Assembly (NCBI GenBank): GCA_963662545.2 | Contig: CAXXLL010000002.1 | Span: 1,248,001-1,312,000 of the forward strand | Length of the DNA stretch: 64,000 bases | Reading direction: 5' to 3' | Source: Gammaproteobacteria bacterium | GTDB taxonomy: Bacteria > Pseudomonadota > Gammaproteobacteria > Ga0077536 | Shown here: piece by piece, positions 9,485-19,633 of the stretch | How positions within the stretch are numbered: position 1 is the stretch's first letter | Layout: each line of letters begins with the position of its first letter | Made by a program: the position numbers and the translations under genes | The notes under the pieces: model-generated | Database searches by the model: none | What the model saw: only the letters and a program-made list of their open reading frames with translations | Told to the model about the DNA's origin: nothing

Positions 9485-10315
9485 TTGGAGTACTCCAACC
9501 CGAAACTACCGGAGGGCATTAACACCACTGAGGAGCATCCCCTCAAAGAGTTCGCGGTGCTCTCCGGGGGCGTATTGCTGTGCATCGTGGTCGTGGTGAT
9601 GGCGCTCGGCTTTTCCGCCGATCTGCTGGCCCGGCGTATTCCCTTCAGTTACGAGCAGGCGATGGTGTCGTCCTATCCGGGCAGCGTGCCGGAGAGCCAT
9701 CCCGTTGACGCGGTACTCCAGCCTCTGGCCGGGCGTATTGCCGAGGCCATGGACTTGCCGGACGACATGACCATCACGGTTCATTATCAGGATTCGGAAA
9801 TAGTCAACGCCGCCGCGACCTTCGGCGGACACATTATCCTGTACCGCGGCCTGGTGTCCCGGTTGCCCAACGAGAATGCTCTGGCCATGGTCATGGCCCA
9901 TGAGATCGCCCACATCAAGCACCGCCATCCCATTCGAAGCCTCGGCCGGGTCGCGATGGTATCGCTCTCCGTGATGGCCTTAGTAGGTATCGAGGGGGGC
10001 GATACGGCCTCGAGCGTGGTCAACGACGCGGGTGGCTTGACCTTGTTGACCTTCAGCCGCGCTCAAGAGCAGGAGGCCGACCGTGAAGCCCTGGCGGCTG
10101 TGAACAAACTGTACGGACACACCGCCGGTGCGATGGATCTCTATGAAGTGTTGCTGGAGCCTGCCAGTGAGTCCGTGGGAGAACTACCTGCCTTTATGAG
10201 CACCCATCCACTGACCCTCGATCGGATCCGAGAGCTCAAGGCCATGCAGAGGGATCTGGGCTGGTCCGCGAGCGGTACCACCCAGCCGCTGCCCGTCGGT
10301 TTGAACCGGCCGTAG
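9485..10315 (+). CDS. M48-family zinc metallopeptidase
   Basis: VNAAA..GG.I, AHEIAH (HExxH), FSRAQEQEAD, STHP; N-terminal TM. Confidence 0.92.
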   Translation: MEYSNPKLPEGINTTEEHPLKEFAVLSGGVLLCIVVVVMALGFSADLLARRIPFSYEQAMVSSYPGSVPESHPVDAVLQPLAGRIAEAMDLPDDMTITVHYQDSEIVNAAATFGGHIILYRGLVSRLPNENALAMVMAHEIAHIKHRHPIRSLGRVAMVSLSVMALVGIEGGDTASSVVNDAGGLTLLTFSRAQEQEADREALAAVNKLYGHTAGAMDLYEVLLEPASESVGELPAFMSTHPLTLDRIRELKAMQRDLGWSASGTTQPLPVGLNRP

Positions 10316-10350
10316 GTCCGGGAAAAAAGGGACACACTTTCATAGTCTGG

Positions 10351-11394
10351 TCAGCCGTTACGAAAATGGGGCATGACTTCTCGTGCGAACAAAGCCATGG
10401 AGTTTCTGGCCTTCTCGGTCGGCATGCCCGCCATTTGCATCCACATGCAAAGGTGTGTGCAGCGGGTTTCTGCGGTGTAGCGCTCGATCTCTGCGATGGC
10501 GTCATCGGGTGTGCCGATGATCAACGGTGCCTGGAAGAAGGATAAGTCTTTCGCGTTGCGAAGCTGTCCGATCGGCGGGACCTCCGGCGCGGACATGACG
10601 GCCGAGCCCCATTTCATATCGTCTGCTTCTTTGTAGCGACGGTCGTAAAGCGACATCATGTAATAGAGATGTTGCTCGCAATCGTCCCATGCTTGCTCCC
10701 GGGTTTCGGCGATATATACCGCGCGGAGCTGCGCGATGTGGTGATCCTCTACGCGCTTGCCGAGCTTGACGAGTTCGTCGTCGTAGTATTGCTGCAGATC
10801 GGCGCCACCGCTTCCCGCGAGGTGGTAACCGAGGCGTGCCACCCGGCGTACTGAGTTCTCGGCCATCGCTGCGACCCAGATCGGCGGATTGGGCTGCTGG
10901 ATCGAACGCGGGCTCAACTCGATGTCCTCGAGCTGCCAGTATTTGCCATCGTAGGAGAAGCTTTCTTCGGTGAAGCATTTGTTGATGATGTCGACACCTT
11001 CAGTCAGGCGCGAGGCGCGCTGCTTGCGCGAAACTCCGAAGCTCGCGAATTCACTGAGCCAGTAGCCTTGACCCACACCGAGATCCAGACGCCCGTTCGA
11101 GATGATGTCGACCGTCGCAGCATCTTCGGCGACTCGTACCGGGTGATGGAAAGGCAGCACGATGATGAAGGTGCCAAGGCGGACGGTCGAAGTCCGTGCG
11201 GCGATTGCCGACAGGATCGGCAGCAGGCTTGGCGACCAGCCGTCTTCGGAGAAGTGATGTTCGGTGGTCCAGATCGTGTCGTAGCCGAGTTCCTCCGCAT
11301 AGACCGCCTGTTCGATATGTTCAGCGTATATCTCGTTAAACGGACGCGACCATTGTTTCGGGCTGCGGAAGGCAAGTAGCAAGCCAAAGTTCAT
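10351..11394 (-). CDS. LLM-class (luciferase-like) flavin-dependent oxidoreductase
   Basis: AEELGYDTIWTTEHHF, HPVRVAEDAATVDIISNGRLDLGVGQGY, LFAREVMPHF. Confidence 0.93.
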   Translation of the reverse strand: MNFGLLLAFRSPKQWSRPFNEIYAEHIEQAVYAEELGYDTIWTTEHHFSEDGWSPSLLPILSAIAARTSTVRLGTFIIVLPFHHPVRVAEDAATVDIISNGRLDLGVGQGYWLSEFASFGVSRKQRASRLTEGVDIINKCFTEESFSYDGKYWQLEDIELSPRSIQQPNPPIWVAAMAENSVRRVARLGYHLAGSGGADLQQYYDDELVKLGKRVEDHHIAQLRAVYIAETREQAWDDCEQHLYYMMSLYDRRYKEADDMKWGSAVMSAPEVPPIGQLRNAKDLSFFQAPLIIGTPDDAIAEIERYTAETRCTHLCMWMQMAGMPTEKARNSMALFAREVMPHFRNG

Positions 11395-11468
11395 TGAATC
11401 TTCCTCCGGCGATCTCGGTACTGATTTTGCTAGGGGCGGTTTCTATCACCGCTGCGGTGTTTTCGGAG

Positions 11469-12869
11469 TTATCGAGATACGGCTTCGAGAGAAGATTTCT
11501 CCGCGCGAGATCCGAGCTCCGGTACCAGCTCGGGCACGCCGCTCGTATCCCGTTGTGGACTGCCGCCACACGCGTCGCGAAGCTTCGGCGCACATTCCTC
11601 GGCGAAGTATTGCATCAAGTCCTCGATCTCGTGGCCTTCGAAGCCCGCCTTCTCGAAGAGCCCGGCGAACATCAGGTCTTCGTAACCGCAGGCTTCCTTG
11701 AGCTTCATGATCTTCTCGATGAGTTCATCGGGTTTGCCGACGAGCGCGATTTCCCCCTCGATCAACATTTCGGCAGTAACGCGCTCGCCGACGGGCAGCA
11801 GCAGGCCTTCGAAGAAGGGGCCGATGTAATCGAACTGCAGTTCGAGTCCCCGCTTCAGACGCTCGCGCTCGCGCGCATCGTCACGGCCCGGCAGGATCGG
11901 ATGGATGAAGCGTGCGATCCCGACGCCGCGCCGCTTCTCGGTATCCCAACCGTAACGCAGCGCCCCGCGGCCGAGGCGGTCGGGCCACTTTGCCTTCTCC
12001 GCAGCGTCGTAGTAGATCTCGATATTTTTTGCGAGCTGGTCGTTTGCCTCGCCGACAAAATAGCCGTTGACGCCGTGTTCAGCCGCCCAGCGGATCGAGC
12101 GTGGACTGGTCAGCGGCTGCCAAAGTTGGGGGTGGGGCTTTTGTATCGGTTGCGGAAACACGCTGATTTCTTTCAGGGTCGTGGTCGTTGCAACCACCGG
12201 ATTGCCACCCGCATAACTATCAGGGCCGCCGAGCTTCAATATGTCTTCGATACCGCGCTCGACTTTCTCCTGCGCGAAATAAGCCTTCGTGTGAGCGTGA
12301 TTCCACTTGGTGTAGCGCGGTGGAATAGAGAAGTTTTCGCCGCGATGTGAGAACGAAAGCTCGGTCCAGCATTTGATAATGATCTCGAATGCTTCCTCGA
12401 AGGCCGCGCGGTTCCGTTCCTGATCCTGAATCGTCGAGCCGTAGGGCCGCCCCAGCGTCTCGTTCTCGCGCGGCTGGTAACCGCGTCCGATCCCGCATTC
12501 GACTCGGCCGCCGCTCAGCACGTCCAGCATCGCGATCTGCTCGGCGAGGCGGACTGGATGGTGCCAGGTGATGATGTTTGCAGTCTGGCCGAGGCGGATG
12601 CGATGGGTGTGGGCCGCTATGGCCGTCTCGGATAACAACGGGTTCGGCGAAAACTCGGCGCCTTCAGGCTGAAAATGGTGCTCGGTCTGAAACCAGTAGT
12701 CGTAGCCCAACTTCTCGGCGAGTATGCCCTGACGCACGTGGTTGACGGTGGTGCGTTGCGCCGCCGCGTGCGCATCCGCTAGGGATCCGTCGGAGATCGC
12801 TAATCCGTCGGCGTTGTAGATTACGGGCAGATCGCTCGAACCATTGTGGAAGCAGCCCAGCTCAAACAC
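11469..12869 (-). CDS. LLM-class flavin-dependent oxidoreductase (long form)
   Basis: AEKLGYDYWFQTEHHF, HPVRLAEQIAMLDVLSGGRVECGIGRGY, PQPIQKPHPQLW. Confidence 0.92.
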   Translation of the reverse strand: MFELGCFHNGSSDLPVIYNADGLAISDGSLADAHAAAQRTTVNHVRQGILAEKLGYDYWFQTEHHFQPEGAEFSPNPLLSETAIAAHTHRIRLGQTANIITWHHPVRLAEQIAMLDVLSGGRVECGIGRGYQPRENETLGRPYGSTIQDQERNRAAFEEAFEIIIKCWTELSFSHRGENFSIPPRYTKWNHAHTKAYFAQEKVERGIEDILKLGGPDSYAGGNPVVATTTTLKEISVFPQPIQKPHPQLWQPLTSPRSIRWAAEHGVNGYFVGEANDQLAKNIEIYYDAAEKAKWPDRLGRGALRYGWDTEKRRGVGIARFIHPILPGRDDARERERLKRGLELQFDYIGPFFEGLLLPVGERVTAEMLIEGEIALVGKPDELIEKIMKLKEACGYEDLMFAGLFEKAGFEGHEIEDLMQYFAEECAPKLRDACGGSPQRDTSGVPELVPELGSRAEKSSLEAVSR

Positions 12870-12988
12870 CTTAAGATCCTCCCCTCGAAGCCTTAGGCCA
12901 TTTTATGTCCAATTAGGAGGCGCAGGCTACGCGCACCGGGCGCGGTCGCAAGATGTTAATCTGAGCTCTGGTCCAACAGGAGATCCGC

Positions 12989-13288
12989 GTGACGACAATC
13001 GTGATATTGGACATTCCGGCGACGGCCCAGACTCGCGGCGCCGTCCTGGAGACACTTCGCGAAGCGCTCGATGATACGCGAGCATTCGAGGGTTGTGAGG
13101 GCCTGGAATTGCTCGTAAACCAGGACGACGACGCGAATATCATCGTCTACGAGCGATGGCGCTCGCGCAAGGATTACGACAACTACTTCGCATGGCGGCA
13201 AAAGAGCGGGTTTTCCGCGAGTTTTCGGGCTCTGTTTCCTGGCGCGTCGACCGTTCGGAAATTCGACATCGAAAAAATCTACGACTAA
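12989..13288 (+). CDS. Antibiotic biosynthesis monooxygenase (ABM) family protein
   Basis: DTRAFEGC..ELLVNQDD..IIVYERWRS..DY..Y..WR; CAGGAG RBS. Confidence 0.85.
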   Translation: MTTIVILDIPATAQTRGAVLETLREALDDTRAFEGCEGLELLVNQDDDANIIVYERWRSRKDYDNYFAWRQKSGFSASFRALFPGASTVRKFDIEKIYD

Positions 13289-13374
13289 AGCGAACAATTC
13301 TTCGGCAACGGGGTACGCGCTAACAGTTGACAGTTGAACGCGTGCCTGTAAATCTTGTCCCAAGAGCCTGAATC

Positions 13375-13746
13375 ATGTTGAAACACTGCCGAATCGCCGC
13401 TTCTCTGATTGCGCTCGCTGTTGCCATCGCGCCGGTTACCTGTGTCTGCGCCGGTTGGACGGGCCTGGACGCGCCCGTAGCTGTGATCACCGATACCGCA
13501 TCCGATTGCCATTCCAACGTGCCCGCGCCGGAAGTCGCTGGTGATGAAGCCTGTCCGGGATGCGACGATGGCTCGCCGGCCGACGTATCGAAAACGCCAT
13601 TCGAACCATTCAATCCGGGCCCGTTCGCTTTAGATTTCGCTTCAAGCTTTGCGTCTGCACAAGATCGTAGTGCGACACCCGTCCACCGTCTCCGACAGTT
13701 CAGGCGGCCGACGCCGGTTAGCTTGAACGTCGTTTTGCTGATCTAG
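13375..13746 (+). CDS. Small exported Cys/His-containing protein preceding cus operon
   Basis: Hydrophobic N-terminus, TCVC, DCH, CPGC; ends LNVVLLI, as in leader ORFs of metal-efflux operons. Confidence 0.65.
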   Translation: MLKHCRIAASLIALAVAIAPVTCVCAGWTGLDAPVAVITDTASDCHSNVPAPEVAGDEACPGCDDGSPADVSKTPFEPFNPGPFALDFASSFASAQDRSATPVHRLRQFRRPTPVSLNVVLLI

Positions 13747-13836
13747 CCAACCCTGCCTCGTCGGCCGCGCTCATGCGCGGCTGTGAACACATCCGTTCCC
13801 GCACTTCGCCAGGGCGTAGACCCCGAGGAGGCGTTG

Positions 13837-15150
13837 ATGAGACAGCGATCACCACGCGAGCCAGCGGCTTCGCAATCGAATCGAAACATTAAGTACCGGG
13901 ATCACGGCGCGAGCTTATTGATAGCGTGCGTGGCGTCGATGCTTTGCGCCTGGAGCGCGGGGGTTACCGCCGAGTCGGTGCCGCTGACCTTCGAGGAAGC
14001 GATGGTCCTCGCGGTTTCGCGGGCCGATCCGACTTTGATCAGGCACGATGAACGCGCCGCGGCATTGGAAAACCGAGCGGTCGCCGCGGCGCAGTTGCCG
14101 GACCCCGAAGTTCTATTCGGTTTTGCCAACTGGCCGGTCGACTCGTTCGACTACGACCAGGAGCCGATGACCCAGATCCAGGCCGGCCTGCGGCAGCGCT
14201 TTCCACGCGGCGATACGCGCTCAATCCTTGGCGCCCGGCGCGAAAGTGAAGCGCAGCTTGAGCGCGCGCGACGGTCGCTGCGATTGCGCGAGATCACACG
14301 TGCGACCCGGGATGCATGGCTCGAACTCTATTACCTGTCGCACGCACGAGACGTCGTCGACGCGAGCCGCATTACAGTCGCAGAACTCGTTGACGTCGTG
14401 CAGGCGAGTTTCGCCACGGGTCTTCAAAATAATCAGGATCTGCTGCGCGCGGAACTCGAACTCAGCCTGCTCGACGATCGCGCATTCGAAATCGAGCGCC
14501 TGATCCAGCGGCGCCGTGCCGATCTGGGACGCCTGATCGGCGAACTCGACGCTTCGCGTGATGTCGCACGGGAGTTACCGTCGTGGCCCGCATTGCCGCC
14601 GCAAGAGACCATTGACGAACTGATAGTGGACCACCCAGCGGTGGCCGTGGAAGATGCAGCGATTACCGGCCGCGAACATGACGTAAGCCTGGCACACGAA
14701 CAGTACGACCCTGGCTGGGCGCTGGAAGCCGGGTATGGCATGCGCAGCGGCGGACGCGCGGATTTCGCTTCCGTGATGGTGACAGTGGAAGTGCCCATTT
14801 TCACTGATAAACGTCAGGACCGTGAGCTTGCGGCATCCGAGCAGGAACGCGCCGCCGCTATTCTTGACCGCGATGCGATTTTGCTGTCGCTTCGCCGACA
14901 GACACAACACGCTCTTGCAGATGCCGAAAGATTTACCGAGCGCGTGGCCTTATACCGCGAAATCGTCGTCGACAGAGCGGACGGTACCGCCGCGGCTGCG
15001 CTCGACGGCTACCAGAGTCAGGTCGCCGATTTTGCAGAGCTGATCCGTTCGCGACTGGCGGCGCTGGATACCGGGCTCAAGCTGAAGCGGCTGGAGGCGG
15101 ATCTTGGCAAGGCCTATGCCGAACTGGCCTATCTGTTGGGGGAGCGCTGA
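13837..15150 (+). CDS. TolC/CusC-like outer-membrane efflux protein
   Basis: AAQLPDP..FDYDQEPMTQ..GLRQRFPRG..; GAGGAG RBS; first gene of the CBA cluster. Confidence 0.9.
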   Translation: MRQRSPREPAASQSNRNIKYRDHGASLLIACVASMLCAWSAGVTAESVPLTFEEAMVLAVSRADPTLIRHDERAAALENRAVAAAQLPDPEVLFGFANWPVDSFDYDQEPMTQIQAGLRQRFPRGDTRSILGARRESEAQLERARRSLRLREITRATRDAWLELYYLSHARDVVDASRITVAELVDVVQASFATGLQNNQDLLRAELELSLLDDRAFEIERLIQRRRADLGRLIGELDASRDVARELPSWPALPPQETIDELIVDHPAVAVEDAAITGREHDVSLAHEQYDPGWALEAGYGMRSGGRADFASVMVTVEVPIFTDKRQDRELAASEQERAAAILDRDAILLSLRRQTQHALADAERFTERVALYREIVVDRADGTAAAALDGYQSQVADFAELIRSRLAALDTGLKLKRLEADLGKAYAELAYLLGER

Positions 15151-15151
15151 C

Positions 15152-16465
15152 ATGAATCGTCTCGTCGGGTCTCTTACATTGATAGGGTTTGGCGTAGTGC
15201 TTGGAGTGGCCGCCACGCTGTTCAGAAGTGAGCTCAATCGCGGCCAAGCGATGCAAAGCGGGGAGGGTGATCCTGAGGTTCTGTATTGGGTCGCACCGAT
15301 GGATCCGAGTTTCCGGCGCGATGGTCCGGGTACTTCACCGATGGGCATGGATCTCGTTCCGGTCCATGCCCGCCAGGGTGAAGCAGGCGGCGACAACGCT
15401 GTCCGCATCGAACCATCGCTGATCAATAATCTCGGTGTCCAGACCGTGGTCGTCGAGCGCAAGGTTCTACGCGAGAAGATTCGAACCGTGGGACGGATCG
15501 AATATAACGATGAACGAGTCGCACACGTACATTTGCGTGCGTCGGGGTGGATTCGACGTCTTGCCGTGCGTGCCGAAGGTGAGCGCGTGCGGCGCGGTGA
15601 TTTGTTGTTCGAGGTGTATTCGCCGGATCTCGTCAAAGCGCAGGCCGAATTTATCCAGACGCTGAAGAGTGGCCGCAAGGAACTCATCGCGGTGACCCGT
15701 GATCGTCTTCGCGCGCTGGCTATACCGAAGTCGCTGATCGATGCACTCGAACAAAACGGCAAGGTTCAGCAGAACGTGCGCGTTTACGCGCCGAGCAGCG
15801 GCGTCGTCGCTCAACTCAACGTTGCGGACGGCAAGTTCGTCAAACCCGATTCCGACATCATGGTCATCGCTGAACTCGATCAACTGTGGTTGATCAGTGA
15901 TGTCTTCGAGTCCCATGCGGATCTGGTTGAGGTCGGTGCCCGCGTGACGGCCCGTACGGCGTTCGCGCCGGGTGAACGCATCACGACACAGGTCGAATAC
16001 ATCTATCCCAATCTCGATCCCATAACCCGCACTATTCCGGTGCGCGCGCTGATTGAGAACAAGGACGGGAGACTGAAGCCCGGGATGTTCATGACCGTGT
16101 CGATAGAGTCGGTGGCGCGGCCGCCCGCTTTGGTGATTCCCAGCACGGCGTTGATACGTACCGGGAGCGAGGAGCGGGTTATCGTTGCATACGGTGACGG
16201 GCGTTTCCGGCCCGCCGCCGTCGAGAGCGGCGCCGAGGCGGACGGCATGATTGAGATCGTCGCCGGGCTTGCAGAAGGCGAACTGGTCGTCGTCTCGGGA
16301 CAGTTCCTGATCGATTCGGAAAGTAGTTTTGCCGGCGCCAGTTTGCGATTGTCTGCGGGAACCGGAAGTGGCGAAATCATCTCCGGCGACCGTGAACATG
16401 CACAAGACCCCGCTGAGGGTGGACGTTCGCCGATCGACTTCAAACCGCCGGACCCATCACCGTGA
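15152..16465 (+). CDS. cusB: CusB-like periplasmic adaptor
   Basis: YWVAPMDP..DGPGTSPMGMDLVP metal-binding motif, YSPDL..AQ.E, LKPGMF, VVSGQFLIDSES. Confidence 0.9.
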   Translation: MNRLVGSLTLIGFGVVLGVAATLFRSELNRGQAMQSGEGDPEVLYWVAPMDPSFRRDGPGTSPMGMDLVPVHARQGEAGGDNAVRIEPSLINNLGVQTVVVERKVLREKIRTVGRIEYNDERVAHVHLRASGWIRRLAVRAEGERVRRGDLLFEVYSPDLVKAQAEFIQTLKSGRKELIAVTRDRLRALAIPKSLIDALEQNGKVQQNVRVYAPSSGVVAQLNVADGKFVKPDSDIMVIAELDQLWLISDVFESHADLVEVGARVTARTAFAPGERITTQVEYIYPNLDPITRTIPVRALIENKDGRLKPGMFMTVSIESVARPPALVIPSTALIRTGSEERVIVAYGDGRFRPAAVESGAEADGMIEIVAGLAEGELVVVSGQFLIDSESSFAGASLRLSAGTGSGEIISGDREHAQDPAEGGRSPIDFKPPDPSP

Positions 16466-19400
16466 TTACAAGCGTCATTCAATGGTCGCTCGATAACCGC
16501 GTGATCGTGCTGCTGGTGTCCATGATCTTAATGGCGGCTGGTGTGTTCAGTATTCTACGCACCCCGCTCGACGCCATTCCGGATCTGTCGGACGTGCAGG
16601 TGATCATCAAGACCCCGTACCCCGGTCAGGCCCCGCAAGTGGTGGAAGACCAGGTGACCTATCCGTTGACTACCGCGATGCTGGCAGTGCCACGCGCGAT
16701 AAGCGTTCGCGGCTATTCGTTTTTCGGCGATTCCTATGTCTATGTCATTTTCGAGGACGGCACCGATCTCTATTGGGCGCGCTCGCGCGTGCTCGAATAC
16801 CTGAGCCAGGTTGCCGGCGAGCTGCCGGAATCGGCAGATCCTGAGCTGGGACCTGATGCGACCGGGGTTGGCTGGGTTTATCAGTATGCGCTCGTTGACC
16901 GCAGCGGGCGGCACAACATTGCGGATCTGACCAGCCTGCAGAACTGGTTCTTGAGGTTTGAACTGCAAAGCGTACCGGGCGTCGCCGAGGTCGCGACCAT
17001 CGGCGGCATGGTGCGCCAGTATCAGGTGACGGTCGATCCGGAAAAATTGCGGATCTTTAATTTGACCCTGACCGAAGTCCGGCGCGCCATCGTCGCTGGC
17101 AATCAGGAAGTTGGGGGATCCGTCATCGAGCTCGCCGAAGCCGAATACATGATTCGCGCGCGCGGCTATGTATCCTCAGTAGAAGATCTGGCCGCAATTC
17201 CTGTCGGCCGCCTCGCGAACGGTACGCCGGTAATGCTCGATGACATCGCGATCATCGAAATCGGACCGCAGATGCGGCGCGGGATTGGAGAACTCAATGG
17301 CGAGGGCGAAGCCGTTGGCGGCGTCATCATTATGCGCTGGGGTGAGAATGCGCTCGCGACAATCAATGCGGTCAAGCAGCGGCTCGAAATCCTGAAGCGC
17401 AGTCTGCCCCCGGGCGTCGAGGTGGTGACGACTTATGATCGTTCATCGTTGATCGAGCGCGCGGTGGCCAACCTCAAGGAAAAGCTGACGGAGGAGTTCG
17501 TCGTCGTCGCGCTGTTGTGCGCACTTTTCCTGCTGCACCTGCGATCGTCGCTGGTCATCGTCCTGACCTTGCCGCTCGGCATCTTGTGCGCTTTCATCGT
17601 CATGAATCTGCAAGGGATCAATGCCAATATCATGTCGCTAGGCGGCATCGCCATCGCTATCGGGACGATGGTGGATGGTGCGATCGTCATGCTCGAGGCG
17701 GTACACCGCCGCTTCGAGCAATCGCCGCCCGCGAACGCTGCCGACCGCTGGCGGCTGGTGGGGGAAGCGGCGCGGCAGGTCGGCCCGGCGATCTTTTACT
17801 CACTGCTTATCATTACCGTCAGCTTCATGCCGGTGTTCGCGCTTGAAGCTCAGGAGGGGCGGCTGTTCAAACCACTGGCCTTCACGAAAACCTACTCTAT
17901 GGCAGCGGCCTCAATTCTGGCGATCACCTTGGTGCCCGTACTCATGGGTTATTTCGTTTGTGGGCGCATTCTGCCGGAGCACAAAAACCCCATATCGGCG
18001 ATATTGCGGGCGGTCTATCGACCGCTCCTCACGTTCACCGCGCGTCATCCCCTCATGGTGGTGATTGTTTGCGCGGCGGTCTCCTTGACGGCAGTGGTGC
18101 CGGCCACGCGCCTGGGCGCCGAGTTCATGCCCGACCTCGATGAAGGCGACATACTCTACATGCCGAGTACGTTTCCCGGAATTTCGATCGGTAAGGTACG
18201 ACAGGTGCTGCAGCAGACCAACAAACTCATTGCTACCGTGCCGGAAGTCGATACCGTCTACGGCAAGGCGGGACGCGCCGACTCTGCAACCGATCCGGCA
18301 CCACTGACCATGATCGAATCTACCATCCGGCTCAAGCCGCGTGCCCAGTGGCGCGAAGGCATGACGACCAAGAGCATTCGGGCCGAACTCGACCGCATCG
18401 TACAGCTCCCCGGCATTTTGAATATCTGGGTGATGCCGATCAAGAACCGTATCGATATGTTGGCGACCGGCATCAAGACGCCGCTCGGCATCAAGGTCGC
18501 GGGTCCGGATCTCAAGACGATTGCGGAAATTGGCGAAGCCATCGAGCTCGCGCTCAAGGAGGTGCCGGGCACCGCCTCTGTATATGCGGAACGCGTGGTC
18601 GGCGGTCGCTACATCGAAATCGATGTGCGCCGCGAAGAAGCGGCCCGATTCGGCATGAGTGTTGCCGACGTTCAGGATATCGTGCGCTCAGCCATCGGCG
18701 GCTCGGTGATTTCCGAATCGGTCGAGGGCCTTGAACGCTATCCGATCAATCTGCGCTTCCCGCGCGATTATCGTGATTCCGTAAAGAACCTGAGGAACCT
18801 TCCGGTCGTCACTTCAAGTGGCGCGCAGGTGCGGCTGGCACGGCTTGCGAGCATCGATATCGTCGATGGGCCGCCGATGATCCGCAGTGAAGATGCACGC
18901 TTGAATGGTTGGATTTACGTCGATATCACCGGCCGCGATCTGGCGTCGTATGTCGAGGAAGCGCAACGCGTGGTGGCTGCAAAGGTCGCACTTCCCGCCG
19001 GCTATTCGCTCGGCTGGTCGGGTCAATTCCAATACATGGAAAGGGCAAAGGAACGGTTGCGCTTAATCGTGCCAGTCACGCTCGCCATTATCGTCATCAT
19101 TCTGTTCCTGGCTTTCAGGCGAGCCGCTGAGGTCTGCATGGTCCTGTTGAGCGTACCGCTCGCCTTGTCAGGTGGGATCTGGATCCTATATTTGCTCGAT
19201 TACAATCTGTCTATTGCCGTGGCCGTGGGTTTCATTGCCCTCGCGGGGCTCGCCGTCGAAACCTCGGTGGTCATGCTGGTGTTTTTGAACGAGTCGTATG
19301 AAAGTGCGATTTCCCACAGCCGTCAGGCAGGTCGCGCGCCGACAGCGGAGGAATTACGAAATGCAGTCAAAGAGGGCGCCATACTCCGCTTGCGGCCGAT

Positions 19401-19605
19401 CGTAATGACAGTGACAACCGTCATTTTCGGCTTGCTTCCAGTGATGCTGGGGAGCGGGACGGGTTCCGAAGTCATGCGCCGTATCGCAGCACCCATGGTC
19501 GGCGGCGTGGTCAGCGCGACGGTGTTGACCCTGTTGGTATTGCCTGCGATGTATTTGTTGTGGCGTCAGGCTGGGTTGCGGGGCACTGCAATGTTTAGCC
19601 CATGA
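16462..19605 (+). CDS. cusA: CusA/CzcA heavy-metal RND permease (Cu/Ag type)
   Basis: PLDAIPDLSDVQVII, LGPDATGVGWVYQY, EFMPDLDEGD, PIKNRIDMLATGIK, GSEVMRRIAAPMVGG. Confidence 0.95.
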   Translation: MITSVIQWSLDNRVIVLLVSMILMAAGVFSILRTPLDAIPDLSDVQVIIKTPYPGQAPQVVEDQVTYPLTTAMLAVPRAISVRGYSFFGDSYVYVIFEDGTDLYWARSRVLEYLSQVAGELPESADPELGPDATGVGWVYQYALVDRSGRHNIADLTSLQNWFLRFELQSVPGVAEVATIGGMVRQYQVTVDPEKLRIFNLTLTEVRRAIVAGNQEVGGSVIELAEAEYMIRARGYVSSVEDLAAIPVGRLANGTPVMLDDIAIIEIGPQMRRGIGELNGEGEAVGGVIIMRWGENALATINAVKQRLEILKRSLPPGVEVVTTYDRSSLIERAVANLKEKLTEEFVVVALLCALFLLHLRSSLVIVLTLPLGILCAFIVMNLQGINANIMSLGGIAIAIGTMVDGAIVMLEAVHRRFEQSPPANAADRWRLVGEAARQVGPAIFYSLLIITVSFMPVFALEAQEGRLFKPLAFTKTYSMAAASILAITLVPVLMGYFVCGRILPEHKNPISAILRAVYRPLLTFTARHPLMVVIVCAAVSLTAVVPATRLGAEFMPDLDEGDILYMPSTFPGISIGKVRQVLQQTNKLIATVPEVDTVYGKAGRADSATDPAPLTMIESTIRLKPRAQWREGMTTKSIRAELDRIVQLPGILNIWVMPIKNRIDMLATGIKTPLGIKVAGPDLKTIAEIGEAIELALKEVPGTASVYAERVVGGRYIEIDVRREEAARFGMSVADVQDIVRSAIGGSVISESVEGLERYPINLRFPRDYRDSVKNLRNLPVVTSSGAQVRLARLASIDIVDGPPMIRSEDARLNGWIYVDITGRDLASYVEEAQRVVAAKVALPAGYSLGWSGQFQYMERAKERLRLIVPVTLAIIVIILFLAFRRAAEVCMVLLSVPLALSGGIWILYLLDYNLSIAVAVGFIALAGLAVETSVVMLVFLNESYESAISHSRQAGRAPTAEELRNAVKEGAILRLRPIVMTVTTVIFGLLPVMLGSGTGSEVMRRIAAPMVGGVVSATVLTLLVLPAMYLLWRQAGLRGTAMFSP

Positions 19606-19633
19606 GGCGCATCTTTTTGATAGGATTGCAGGC

